Part shown: positions 1 to 11,061 of the stretch, one piece after another
Numbering within the stretch: the stretch's first letter is position 1
Layout: each line of letters opens with the position of its first letter
Assembly (NCBI GenBank): GCA_026710945.1
Contig: JAPOQA010000059.1
Span: 21,265-85,264, forward strand
Origin: Chloroflexota bacterium
GTDB taxonomy: Bacteria; Chloroflexota; UBA11872; VXOZ01
Reading direction: 5' to 3'
DNA length: 64,000 nucleotides
Notes under the pieces: model-generated
What the model was told of the DNA's origin: nothing
Database searches by the model: none
The model's input: only the letters and a program-made list of their open reading frames with translations
Position numbers and translations under genes: made by a program

Positions 1-109
1 GGTAAATATCTTAGTGACGTCTTCATATTCACCATCTACAATCGAGACAGCACTATCAGCGGCTAGAGCAACTGCTTCCTGGTTCATAACTGCAATCTCA
101 GCGGTCACC
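1..109 (-). CDS. hypothetical protein, N-terminal fragment (gene continues beyond the window start)
   Basis: Minus-strand frame stays open to the window edge. Candidate GTG start at 109..107 is preceded by a GAAGGAGAG Shine-Dalgarno-like motif; an in-frame ATG lies at 89..87. Local GC is lower than the backbone. Absent from the ORF track because it runs off the edge. Confidence 0.2.
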
Positions 110-298
110 AAGCTCTCCTTCAGGTGCACTTATCCTGCCAATTCTATTTCCAGTTCCGTCAGCCTTGTCTGGTCAATACTCCTTAATCTAGATTCCATAG
201 TACACATCTCCGAATAACTTTCAAAGCCGCCAAGCATCAACGGACCTGCAGTAAGCTGGCAGCACTATCGCTAGAAAAGATGAAGACTCAGTAGCGCC

Positions 299-1066
299 CT
301 ACCCCAACTCGTCTCGGAACCGCTCCAGCGCCGCCAGGATGCCGTGCTCCGTCACATCCGGCGCGATCCAGTGAGCAATGGCTTTGAGGTCGGAATGGGC
401 GTTGCCCATGGCGATGCGCAGGCCGCACTCTTGGAGGAATTCCACGTCGTTGGGCCCATCGCCAATGCCGATGATCTGCGCGGGCCGGATGCCGAGCATG
501 CGCGCGTAACGGTGAACGGCGGTAGCCTTGGTGCCGAGTTTGTGGGTAATGTCCACGCCCCACGTCCTGCCGGATTCATAGGGAAAACGCGTGACGTGCA
601 CAGGCCGCTCCGACGGAAAGAGCTCTTCAAAACGCGGCAGGTCCGCCGTGGGCACCGGCAAGACTGTGATGCGCGTGATGCGCCAGTGGTGAATGTCCGC
701 CACGGTCTCAACCACTGTCGTGTCGTCCACGGCGGAGAAGGAATAGGGGCTCCGTGCTACGGCGTCCAGCACGGTGCGCGCATCTTCCGGTTCCAGGTAG
801 ACGCAGTCGAGGGTCTCCATGGTGTCGGCGCGGAAGATGCGCGCGCCGCCGTCGGCAACCTGCAGACCCTTGAGATCGAAACGCGCGGCCATGGCGGCAA
901 CGTAGTGGAGGTCCCGGCTGGAAATCAGGCCCACATGACACCGCCGCGCCGCGGCGGATATCCCCGCGATCACCGGAGGAGAGGGCAGGACACCGTAGGG
1001 CGCGAGTGTGCCGTCGATGTCAGATAGCACGGCAGCATACCGCGGCGTGGATGACATTACTGCCAC
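299..1066 (-). CDS. HAD-superfamily hydrolase, Cof-type (subfamily IIB) phosphatase
   Basis: N-terminal DIDGTL motif, C-terminal GDGPND motif and overall Cof-like layout. 255 aa. Antisense ORFs 288..563 and 344..1027 discarded. Confidence 0.8.
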   Translation of the reverse strand: MAVMSSTPRYAAVLSDIDGTLAPYGVLPSPPVIAGISAAARRCHVGLISSRDLHYVAAMAARFDLKGLQVADGGARIFRADTMETLDCVYLEPEDARTVLDAVARSPYSFSAVDDTTVVETVADIHHWRITRITVLPVPTADLPRFEELFPSERPVHVTRFPYESGRTWGVDITHKLGTKATAVHRYARMLGIRPAQIIGIGDGPNDVEFLQECGLRIAMGNAHSDLKAIAHWIAPDVTEHGILAALERFRDELG

Positions 1067-1078
1067 TTGCAGGGCGGC

Positions 1079-2446
1079 CTACAGGCCGGCGACCTGGTGT
1101 GCCGCCCGCGCCAGGGCGTCAACGAAGCGATCAACCTCAACCTGTCCCATCGGCGTAGAGAGCGCCCCGAGGCCCTCTTTGGAGACGATAACACCGGCGT
1201 CCATGAGTCCGCGATGCAGTCCGCGCATACGGGCTTCGGTCTCAGGTCCTTTAGGAATGCTGCGGTAGTTGACGATTGGCTCATCCGTCGGCACGACGAT
1301 GATGAGCGATCCGGCGCCGCTGACCTGCCCCGGCACGCCTGCATCGGCAAAGACCGCATTGGCGCGGGTGCGCAAGTCATCGCCTAGTTCTTCCAGGCGT
1401 GTGTACGCATCCGGCGTGAGTTGGGAGAGAGCGGCATAACCGGCGATCGCGGAGAGCGGGTTGCCGCTGTACGTGCCGCCGGAGGCGAGCACGGGCGGCC
1501 CTGCCGTGGGATCCAGCAGCGACATAATCTCGGCGCTGCCGCCCACGGCGCCAATCGGCAGGCCGCCGCCGATGATCTTACCAAAGACCGTGAGATCTGG
1601 CTCGCCGCCAAAGCGGGCCGCGCCGCCTGCGTAGCTCACCCGAAAACTGATCACCTCGTCGGAAATGAGCACGATACCGTAGTCCCGCGTGATCTCGCGC
1701 AAGAACGTGAGAAAGTCATCCTGCGGCAACGGAAAGCCCGCCCGATTGCAAAGTGGATCATAAAGCAGCGCCGCGATATCGGACCCATGTTGTTCCAGCA
1801 GGCGTATCACGGATTCCCTGTCGTTGTAGGGCAGCGTCAGCACGTCGGACTCAACCGAGTCCGCCAGTCCGCCGCTGCTGGCCACGCTGTGGGGGGCGTC
1901 CGCGGGTCCCCATGTGTCCGGCTGAGAAGAGTAACTCACCTGTACGTAGTCGTAATAACCGTGGTAGAAGCCCTCGAACTTGGCGATGCGGCTGCGTCCC
2001 GTAAACGCCCGTGCCAGTTTGACCGCGAGCATTACGCCTTCAGTGCCGGAATTGGCAAAGCGGATCTTCTCTAAAGAGGGCACCCGTTCCACGAGCAGAC
2101 GGGCAAGCTCCAGTTCCGGCTCGGACGGTTCGGAATACGCAGAGCCGCGCTGCAGTTGGTGAAAGATTGCCAGGTTTATCACCGGATTGGCGTGGCCGTG
2201 AATCAGCGCGGTCATGTTGTTGAGGTAATCAACGCGCTCCACACCCTCCACGTCGGTCAGGTAGCAACCGTTCCCGCTTTGCGCATAGATGGGATACGGA
2301 TGATAGTAGTAGTGCAGCCGTGACGTGCCTCCCGGCATATAGCGGGACGACTCCTCAAATAGCTCAGCTGTCGCAGTGGTAGGGGGCGAACCTGCCTCCG
2401 GTTCAATCGCAACTCCCCCCTCGCTGTGCCGCTGGCCCATAACCAC
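1079..2446 (-). CDS. class-III PLP-dependent aminotransferase, glutamate-1-semialdehyde 2,1-aminomutase-like
   Basis: 455 aa. Matches the GSA-aminomutase/aminotransferase class III fold (GTYSGNP, FGKIIGGGLP lysine region). Exact N-terminus uncertain. Confidence 0.8.
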   Translation of the reverse strand: MVMGQRHSEGGVAIEPEAGSPPTTATAELFEESSRYMPGGTSRLHYYYHPYPIYAQSGNGCYLTDVEGVERVDYLNNMTALIHGHANPVINLAIFHQLQRGSAYSEPSEPELELARLLVERVPSLEKIRFANSGTEGVMLAVKLARAFTGRSRIAKFEGFYHGYYDYVQVSYSSQPDTWGPADAPHSVASSGGLADSVESDVLTLPYNDRESVIRLLEQHGSDIAALLYDPLCNRAGFPLPQDDFLTFLREITRDYGIVLISDEVISFRVSYAGGAARFGGEPDLTVFGKIIGGGLPIGAVGGSAEIMSLLDPTAGPPVLASGGTYSGNPLSAIAGYAALSQLTPDAYTRLEELGDDLRTRANAVFADAGVPGQVSGAGSLIIVVPTDEPIVNYRSIPKGPETEARMRGLHRGLMDAGVIVSKEGLGALSTPMGQVEVDRFVDALARAAHQVAGL

Positions 2447-2622
2447 CTCCTCATGCGTGCAAGTCCTCTTGGCGATAGTATACCCAATGTCGCGCGGTCG
2501 CAGCGGAACAGTGCACCAGGCGCGGAGAGCGTCAATGATTGCGTGCGGTCTCGATTCATCCTTCCTATATGCTAGAATTCCCCTACTGAACTCTGCGCTT
2601 TGGCTAAGGTTCTAGGGTACGC

Positions 2623-4134
2623 ATGCGCACGCCACACATACCTCGTTACGCGGATACGGTCGTCATCGGCGGCGGCACGGCGGGAGCCGCCGTGGCGGGA
2701 CTGCTTGCCGAACGCGGCGACCAGTCGGTGCTGCTCTTGGAAGCCGGTCCGGACTACGGTCACCAGAAAGAAGGCCGCTGGCCCAGCGACTTGCTGGACG
2801 GTCGCGTGCTTGCCAGCACCCACGATTGGTCCTTCACCAGTGCGGCAACTCACGGCCAGCCAAACCACGAGCTCCAGCGTGCCAAGGTGATCGGGGGCTG
2901 TTCAGCCCACAACGGCTGCATCGCCATCTGGGGCAGCCGTGCCGACTATGACGGCTGGGCCGCCGCAGGCAACGACGGTTGGTCGACAGCAGAGGTTATC
3001 CCCTATTTCGAGCGAGCGATGGCAAGGTTGAGCGTGCGCGAGTTTGCCCCGGAGGAAGTTACTCCCTTTCACGGCGCGTGCCTCGACGCGATGGTCGGGA
3101 GCGGCATCCCCAGAACCGCCAATCTGAATGACTTGGACGAAGACATCGGCGCGGCGATCGCGCCGATCAACATCAGAAACGGCGTCCGCTGGAGCACGGC
3201 GCTCGCCTATCTCGATCCGGTGCGGGACCTGGGCAACTTGACCATAGTGGGCGACGCGCTCGTCAAGAAGATTGGAGTTCGCGGTTCGCATGCAGTTTCG
3301 GTCGAGGTAGTTCACGCAGGCCAAGAGTCAACGGTCGAGGCCGGACGCATAATCCTGTGTGGGGGTGCCTACGGCTCGCCCGCCGTTCTGCTCCGTTCCG
3401 GCATCGGCCCGGGCGATGAGCTGACTGCGTTGGGGGTCCCAGTCCGCTTGGACTTGCCCGGTGTCGGCCGCAACCTGCACGATCACCCGGGCGCAATCAT
3501 GCTGCACCACGGCACAGATCTCTTCAATTCCCTCTCGACGGACTTTATCGCCGCCGGCAAGACGGTCTTCACGGAACAGAGCCTCGCCAAGGCGCGGAGC
3601 AGAAACTGCGGCGAGGCATTCGACCTGCACATTGCGCCCCTGACTCCGCCCTCTCCCGACAAGGACGGACGTTGGGAATGCGCTATGTACACCGCCCACA
3701 TGGCGCCGCAGTCCCGAGGCCGTCTGACACTCCGCGACCGCAGCCCTGAGAGCAGTCCGGTGATCGATACCGGTTACTTTACGGATCCCGGAGACCGCGA
3801 TCTTGCGGCACTGCTGGACGGCATCGCGCTGACCCGAGAAATCGCCCGCCAACCATCGTTTGCCGAGTTGATAGGTGAAGAACTGGAAGAAACAGCGAGT
3901 ATGGTTACCGCTGAGGATGTGCGCCGCAACGGATTGCACTACTACCATCCGGTCGGCACGTGCAAGATGGGCCCGGCTTCAGAACCTGAAGCGGTAGTCG
4001 ATGCAATGGGCAAAGTCCACGGCATAGAGGGTCTCCACGTCGTCGACGCCTCAATCATGCCTAACGTTCCCCGAGGGAACACCAACTTGCCCACGCTCAT
4101 GCTCGCGGAGCGGATAATTGCCGGAGTCGACTAG
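2623..4134 (+). CDS. GMC-family FAD-dependent oxidoreductase (choline dehydrogenase-like)
   Basis: N-terminal GGGTAGAAVAGLL FAD-binding Rossmann motif, typical GMC N- and C-terminal signature regions. 503 aa. Confidence 0.8.
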   Translation: MRTPHIPRYADTVVIGGGTAGAAVAGLLAERGDQSVLLLEAGPDYGHQKEGRWPSDLLDGRVLASTHDWSFTSAATHGQPNHELQRAKVIGGCSAHNGCIAIWGSRADYDGWAAAGNDGWSTAEVIPYFERAMARLSVREFAPEEVTPFHGACLDAMVGSGIPRTANLNDLDEDIGAAIAPINIRNGVRWSTALAYLDPVRDLGNLTIVGDALVKKIGVRGSHAVSVEVVHAGQESTVEAGRIILCGGAYGSPAVLLRSGIGPGDELTALGVPVRLDLPGVGRNLHDHPGAIMLHHGTDLFNSLSTDFIAAGKTVFTEQSLAKARSRNCGEAFDLHIAPLTPPSPDKDGRWECAMYTAHMAPQSRGRLTLRDRSPESSPVIDTGYFTDPGDRDLAALLDGIALTREIARQPSFAELIGEELEETASMVTAEDVRRNGLHYYHPVGTCKMGPASEPEAVVDAMGKVHGIEGLHVVDASIMPNVPRGNTNLPTLMLAERIIAGVD

Positions 4135-4303
4135 AGTATTACAGCTCGGTGTGTGGCTCTGCCCATACCTGAGGATTGTATTGTTCGTTAGGACTGTTAA
4201 CCGTTTCCATAGCCACTTCAGCGATTGCTAGGCAATTGCAATTGACGAGCAGTGAACCCCGCTTTAGTTCCGCGCTACTCAGAGTTGTCGAACTGTGGGT
4301 TGA

Positions 4304-5215
<912 letters not shown>

Positions 5216-5632
5216 GCTTGATCTCGCTTCCATGGCCGACATTGGTGCTCGCGGAGCGGATCGTGGCTGCGCTCGACTAGAGCCGCCTGGGCCGGATTTG
5301 GTGCAGCTTGGCAACCCCGACCGTACGCCAGCCAGAACCTACGCACTGAGATTCAACTCAACATCCCAGCCGTATGCCGATCCGTACTCATTGCTTTGGA
5401 GCGACCTGTCAATTGGTACAAGCAGAGCAGCATCGTCCGACCGCCATGGCTCTCTAGGCCCTTGTTCGGCCGTTAATATCACCCACCCACACTTCCAGCG
5501 ATTCGTCCTCTTTCGAACTTAGAATTTTCTTACAAAAACCACTGGCTATTCCCTGAAAGTGGTGTATTGTGAAGTTAGAACCCAGGGGGACACGACGGAG
5601 CTTTCGGGCAGCCGAAATATCCTTGAAACGCA

Positions 5633-6463
5633 GTGAGGATGCCGATGTACGCCTCCCTTCAGACCGCCGATGAAACAACGCTGCCCGGGCCATTGATGGC
5701 CGGTCTCGGTGATGTCCGCATTCTGCATCCCCCAGGGACTTTTGCCTTGTCACCGGCTAGCCTGATTTCGGTCCAAGCGATAGTGGGAAACCAGGACCTG
5801 CTCAAGGGTATCGGGCTGGACTGGGGCACCGGTTCCGGGTGTCTGGCGATCACCGCAGCCAGAATTGCCGATGTCTTTCACGTGGCCGGGCTGGACATCT
5901 CCGAGACGAGCGTGGCAACCGCCTACAAGAACGCCTCGTACAACGCCGTCAGCGACAAGACTTCGTTCTTCGTCGCCAACTCATACTCGCCAGTGGACTG
6001 GCGCGTGCGCCGGGCGCTCGATTCCCTGGAGAGGCGCGTCGACTTCGTGCTTGCAAATCCCCCTGCCAGCGAAGATGACGACGGCTTCGGCTTCCGACGT
6101 GAAGTGCTCAAGGGAGCACGAAAGTACATGGCAGCGGGCGGCGTAGTCTTACTCGGCGGGTCGTCTCGCTATGGCCAGAGGGCCAAGCGACTATGCGACG
6201 AGGTGCCCGAATTCAGCTACGGCGGGGTTATCTCAAGCACCGGCTGGGTCCCGTTTGATCTTGCCCGGCCGGACTACCTGCGGTATCTGAAGCAGTACGC
6301 AGCGGAGGAGGAACGCGGCGGTCTGGACTACCGCTTCCAATGCAACCGTGTTCACGCCGGAGAGCCGATCAACGCGCGACGCGCACTCGCGCTCTTCGAT
6401 GCGACCGGCCTGATGCCGTTCATGGACTGGCAGATGCACCTGTTCAGATACAACCGGAATTAA
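5633..6463 (+). CDS. class I SAM-dependent methyltransferase (methyltransferase small domain / HemK-RsmC-like)
   Basis: DWGTGSGCLAI (motif I) and VLANPP (motif IV, NPPY-like) in the right order and spacing for MTS-family methyltransferases. Start may be ATG 5639 or 5645 (GTGAGGA motif just upstream). Confidence 0.6.
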   Translation: MRMPMYASLQTADETTLPGPLMAGLGDVRILHPPGTFALSPASLISVQAIVGNQDLLKGIGLDWGTGSGCLAITAARIADVFHVAGLDISETSVATAYKNASYNAVSDKTSFFVANSYSPVDWRVRRALDSLERRVDFVLANPPASEDDDGFGFRREVLKGARKYMAAGGVVLLGGSSRYGQRAKRLCDEVPEFSYGGVISSTGWVPFDLARPDYLRYLKQYAAEEERGGLDYRFQCNRVHAGEPINARRALALFDATGLMPFMDWQMHLFRYNRN

Positions 6464-7006
6464 GTTTGGGTCCGACCGCCACACGGTCCCATCGCCCAGC
6501 GGTCATCTTATTTTTGCCCTGAACGCCGCATTGGCTTGGTAGTGCACGCCTCTCTTCGGGGCGAATCGTCAAGAATTCTGGGCTTACCTCTCACATGTGC
6601 CCTTCACCGGCGCTCTCTGCCGCGATGGAGTGATGCGTTTGACTACCACGCCTCAGATCTCCATGGGGATGGAAGTCGTGATCAGGCTGTGCCGATCGCC
6701 TGAATTGCAGCATCCTGCCGCGGCGGGCGGTGACCTACGACCCGCTTACATCTGAACAGCGTGACCGCTGTCGTGCAAGAGCCTCCGCCGATCAGGTGCT
6801 TGACCCCCTCGGTCCCGCCAACCAAAGTCGTTTGACAAGCCGTGGGTCATGGGTTAGATTTGCCTCGACTTTCAGGAGATTGACGGGCCCTCTTGGGAAA
6901 GCGTGCCGCAACGCATCTTTTCAGAGGAACCCGGCCAACGAAACACGGGCAAGATGTGCGGCAACCACACTGGCAAAGTACGCGCACTAGCTCAAAGGAG
7001 AAAGCT

Positions 7007-8215
7007 GTGAAGGTAGACCGCGGCCAATTCATGGACCAAGGATATCTGATCTTTCGCAATCTCATTCCGCCGGACAAGCTCGAAACCATGCGCGCGAGCT
7101 GCGAAACGATGTTGGAGCGGCAGAAGGCGAATTGGGCGCGGGAGCGCGGGCCGGACGACCCGCCCGGCAGCGAATACGATAAGGCCCGTCAACCCCGCGT
7201 CATGATGATGCGCCCGGGTCTCATCGATGCCGAGACCGCCAACGTCGTGGAGGACTTCTGGGTCGCCGACGAGACCTTGGAAGTTACCAGTCAACTCCTT
7301 TGCGAACCTGAGCCTTGCATTACCGAAATGATGATGATGTGCAATCCCATCCGCGACTGGCCGGGGGGCACGGGCTGGCACCGGGACATACATCCTGTTG
7401 ACATGGCTCCGCTGGATGCTCTGACAGCAGACGTTATGGAAAGCGGCCCAAGATATACTCAGTGGAACGTGCCACTCTATGACGATAGCGTGCTGTGGGT
7501 GATACCGGGCAGCCATCGACGGCGCAATACCGCACAGGAAAACGCCGAGTTGCTCAAAGACCGCGCCGGGCCCGTCACCGGCGGCATGCCGGTGGAGTTG
7601 AACGCCGGCGACGGCGTGGTCTACATCAACTATCTCAACCACACCGGTAGCAACTACACCACCAAGAAACGACGGACGCTCCACGGCGGCCATGCCATCT
7701 ACGGTACCTACGCGGAACTCGGGTTCTTAGAAAACCTTGCGCCTTGGGCGGCTGAGCGGTTCACATCCTTTGCCGCGCGCGGCGAGCGCATGAAGGACGT
7801 CACGGAAGCGGCACTCCGCGCCGTAATCGCCAGGGACGAATCCGGCTACCGTGCGGCCTTGGCAACCCTGCAACCGGGCGCCGGCCCCCACGGCAGAACG
7901 ACGCTTACGATTTATCTGTCTAAAGTCGCGAAGCAAGTACACATTTTGAAAGACCCCGCGTACGGCCCGCTGGACGATCTCCATCGGTGGGTCGAAGGCG
8001 AACACCCCATTACCCTGAATTGGGGGCCCGACTTCGCCGGGAGATTTTCCGCTGAGGAAGCGGCGACTCTGTGGAACCGGTTCGAGGGAATGGACGCCGC
8101 GCTTCAAAGCGACGTGGATGTGTTCGAACCGGCCTTTCAGGCGCGGCCCATGCGTTACTACTTCAACGAACTGCCGGCTGGTGTCGACGCTGAGTCGTTC
8201 ATCGCGGGTTGGTAG
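7007..8215 (+). CDS. PhyH-like Fe(II)/2-oxoglutarate-dependent dioxygenase family protein with C-terminal extension
   Basis: GTG at 7007 lies 6 nt after an AAAGGAG ribosome-binding site (the ORF-track start at 6893 is probably too far upstream). WHRD...H spacing is compatible with an HxD...H facial triad. Extra C-terminal region of unknown function. Confidence 0.5.
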   Translation: MKVDRGQFMDQGYLIFRNLIPPDKLETMRASCETMLERQKANWARERGPDDPPGSEYDKARQPRVMMMRPGLIDAETANVVEDFWVADETLEVTSQLLCEPEPCITEMMMMCNPIRDWPGGTGWHRDIHPVDMAPLDALTADVMESGPRYTQWNVPLYDDSVLWVIPGSHRRRNTAQENAELLKDRAGPVTGGMPVELNAGDGVVYINYLNHTGSNYTTKKRRTLHGGHAIYGTYAELGFLENLAPWAAERFTSFAARGERMKDVTEAALRAVIARDESGYRAALATLQPGAGPHGRTTLTIYLSKVAKQVHILKDPAYGPLDDLHRWVEGEHPITLNWGPDFAGRFSAEEAATLWNRFEGMDAALQSDVDVFEPAFQARPMRYYFNELPAGVDAESFIAGW

Positions 8216-8397
8216 GGCCAGGTCGGAACCATATCGACAGTCCGAAAGGGGTGTGAGGGTGCATTGCCGCCAAGGGACACCTCGTTTAGGCTGCGGCGGC
8301 ATCTGACGGCTGGTTTGAGAAATCGTCGCGCGCGGCCGCACGTGCAGGACAACCTCCCTTAAGGAGACCCTAGCGTACTAGACTCCGAGGTAAAGGC

Positions 8398-8555
8398 GTT
8401 ATTCCCTCTCCTTGGGAGAACTTTGCATAACCCCACTTTCAAGCAGGGGCACTCCTCCTGTGGAGACCTTTGCATAAACCCTCGCCACAGCGCAGATGTC
8501 CCCTCTCCCTCGACGAGAGAGGGAATTCTCTCGCCTCCGCTAGGCTTATGCCATG
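8398..8555. repeat. composite dispersed repeat block (families 'TTTGCATAACCCCACTTTCAAGCAGGGGCACTCC' and 'CCCTCTCCC-N-GGGAGAGGG')
   Basis: About 120 bp of near-identical sequence recurs at 61826..61955 and partly at 24690..24745. Contains a CCCTCTCCCTCGACGAGAGAGGG hairpin. Confidence 0.8.
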
Positions 8556-8831
8556 GTCTCTGTCCGGGGAGTGGGAACTTCCTCACAGCGGCGAGACTTG
8601 TGCGATGGTTTCCTTTAGGAAACGGCAATGCTCCAATTGCGTTTGCCAGGCGGCACCATGCACTCTGTTTACGAGCGGGCGTATTGGGAAGTCCTTCTCC
8701 TGCGTGCCTCACCTATGTGCCGCTCTTGTGGCATTCTGGGAGAATCCCGTGGCAACAGTCAGCCTACAAACAAAATTGCGTGGTGGCTCGGTATAATTGA
8801 GGTAGATGGTTTCACAAAGAAGCAATCACCA

Positions 8832-10508
8832 ATGAATGTCGGCATCTCAAAGAGGAGGCCTCTAGTGATTAGCCGGATACATCGTAGTATTACGGTTCTC
8901 TTAGCGACAGCGGCGCTCATGGTCGCGGTCTCGTGCAGTGTGCAAGTTGTTCAACCCCCACCCGATCCTGCAGAAGATCCTGCTGCATACACGCAGTACT
9001 TTGTGGAACAGGCGATTGCCCACTACGAGGCACACGGACTTGAGGCGACCGTTGCCCACTACAATACGCCCGAAAGCATTGACGGGGACTGGTACGTCTT
9101 CATTTTCGATGAGAGTGATGTCATGCTCGCCCATGCTGCCGTGCCAGCAAACGTGGGACTGCACGCCGACCAGATTTTGGGGCTGGGCGGCTATCCGGCG
9201 GGAGCGCAGGTAGCGGCAGCGGCCACTGAGGAAGGCGCGTGGACAGACTACACGTACATTAACCCCAATGCGAACGCGTTCCAGTCGAAGCATTCCTGGG
9301 TGGTACGGCACGACGGTCTGATCTTTGGTTCCGGTTGGTACGAAGACGGCGCGTCAAAGTCGAATCCGGCCGAGTACACGCAGGCTTTCGTAGAGCAGGC
9401 AGTCAGGCTATATGACGCGATTGGACTTGAAGACACAGTGGCGTACTACAACACACCCGAGAGCATCGATGGAGCGTGGTACGTCTTCATCGCCGACGAG
9501 AATGACATCATGATTGCGCATGCCGCCGTGCCGGCGAACGTTGGGCTACCCCCCGAGCAAATCCTAGGACCTGGCGGCTATCCGGCAGGAGCGCAGGTAG
9601 CAGCGGCAGCCACAATAGAGGGCGCGTGGACGGATTATACATACATCAATCCCTCTACCGGGGCATTCCAGTCGAAACATACGTGGGTGGTGCGGTACGA
9701 CGGATTGGTCTTTGGCTCCGGTTGGTACGAAGACGGCGCTTCCAAGTCTGATCCCGCGGCGTTCACACAGGCGTTTGTAGCGCAGTCGATTCGGCTCTAT
9801 GACGCCATTGGACGCGAGGCCACATTCGCTTACTACAACACCCTGGAGAGCGTCGACGACGATTGGTACGTCTTCATCATCGATGAGAATGAGAACACGG
9901 TTGTCCAGCCCACGCGTCCTGAAATCCGCGGCACTTCGCCCACGACCCGGGTTGACGTCCGTGGCAAAGCCTACGGCGCGGAGCTCATAGCCGCCACAGA
10001 GGACGGCGTCTGGGTGGACTACTATTTCCTGAACCCCTCTACCGGCTATGAGGAACAGAAGCATGCCTGGGTGGTGAAGCACGACGGCTTGATCTTCGGT
10101 TCCGGCTGGTACGAACGCGCCGAAGCGGAAGACGATGCGACGTATACGCAGTCCTTCGTGCACCGCGCAATCCAGCGCTACGATGCTCAGGGTCGTGAAG
10201 CCGCCCTTGAGTTCTTCAGTTCAGAGCAAAGCGTGCAGGGCCAGTGGTACGTCTTCGTCCTCGATGAGAACCAGGTGACCATTGCCCACCCCAATCCGGA
10301 ACACATCGGCCGCACGCGGGAGCAGCGCATCGATAGGCGGGACTACGACTACGGTGCAGAGTTCTTGACGGCCACCGAGGAAGGCAAGTGGGTTGATTAC
10401 GTATTTCTCGACTTGGAAACCAACCAGGAGAGGCTGAAGCATACTTGGTTGATCAAGCACGATGGGCTGTTCTTTGGTTCCGGCTGGTATGAGGATTTTG
10501 AGGAATAG
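8832..10508 (+). CDS. secreted/lipo-protein built from four tandem ~129-aa Cache-like (sCache_2-like) repeats
   Basis: Hydrophobic signal segment ending ...LMVAVSC (possible lipobox). Four consecutive repeats, each with YNTPESIDGxWYVFxxDE...IAHAAVPANVG...GAWTDYTYxNP...KHxWVVRHDGLIFGSGWYE, resembling extracytoplasmic Cache sensor domains. No transmembrane or output domain. Alternative GTG start at 8865 lies after an AAGAGGAGG ribosome-binding site. Confidence 0.5.
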   Translation: MNVGISKRRPLVISRIHRSITVLLATAALMVAVSCSVQVVQPPPDPAEDPAAYTQYFVEQAIAHYEAHGLEATVAHYNTPESIDGDWYVFIFDESDVMLAHAAVPANVGLHADQILGLGGYPAGAQVAAAATEEGAWTDYTYINPNANAFQSKHSWVVRHDGLIFGSGWYEDGASKSNPAEYTQAFVEQAVRLYDAIGLEDTVAYYNTPESIDGAWYVFIADENDIMIAHAAVPANVGLPPEQILGPGGYPAGAQVAAAATIEGAWTDYTYINPSTGAFQSKHTWVVRYDGLVFGSGWYEDGASKSDPAAFTQAFVAQSIRLYDAIGREATFAYYNTLESVDDDWYVFIIDENENTVVQPTRPEIRGTSPTTRVDVRGKAYGAELIAATEDGVWVDYYFLNPSTGYEEQKHAWVVKHDGLIFGSGWYERAEAEDDATYTQSFVHRAIQRYDAQGREAALEFFSSEQSVQGQWYVFVLDENQVTIAHPNPEHIGRTREQRIDRRDYDYGAEFLTATEEGKWVDYVFLDLETNQERLKHTWLIKHDGLFFGSGWYEDFEE

Positions 10509-10589
10509 CGCCAAAGTTGGTTTGGTGCTTCCGCCGGCAAGAACCTAAGGGCCTGTTTACGTTCGCCAATTCAATTCAGTCCCATTCAT

Positions 10590-10695
10590 CCTTCGACAAG
10601 CCCGTACTGAGCCTGTCGAAGTGCTCAGAGCCTGCCCCGTACTCGATACAGCGTATCGCACGATACAGCGTATCGCACGATACGGGGGCGAACGT
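10590..10695. repeat. dispersed repeat module with internal 17-bp duplication (GATACAGCGTATCGCAC x2)
   Basis: Reverse-complement match to 24637..24690 (CGATACGCTGTATCGAG...). The left part resembles the CTTCGACAGGCTCAG family found at 43795 and 45080..45425. Confidence 0.6.
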
Positions 10696-11061
10696 TGCGC
10701 GACCAGACAAGAAGCTTGTAAACAGGCTCTAAGGATATGCACAAAGCACGCGGCAGGCGTTTGCAGCGCCTGCCGCGTGTTGCTTTATCGTGCTTGCCGC
10801 GGCGAGTCGGCGGATTGACACTAATCCTTGCCACACTCCCGGAAACGAGCGGGTAAGCGGGACGGGAGGCTCCGGCTTGGAGCGCGCCTGCCGGTACTCC
10901 CTTTACCCAAAATTCACGCGCCTGCGCGCGAAGCGTTCGCTATAATGGGCGGTAACTCGCATGCGGACACGCGTCGTGTGGGCCAGCGGAGGTGATGAAT
11001 CTAACCCGCTGCACACAGTAGTCACTGGATGGGCCGACATTGTAGAGAAAGGGGTGCGCTG

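Noticed and set aside
10517-10834. Four short ORFs (61-71 aa) in the 10.5-10.85 kb spacer
   Set aside because: The region is a dispersed-repeat module with an internal 17-bp duplication and high self-complementarity. The ORFs mutually overlap on both strands and lack ribosome-binding sites.
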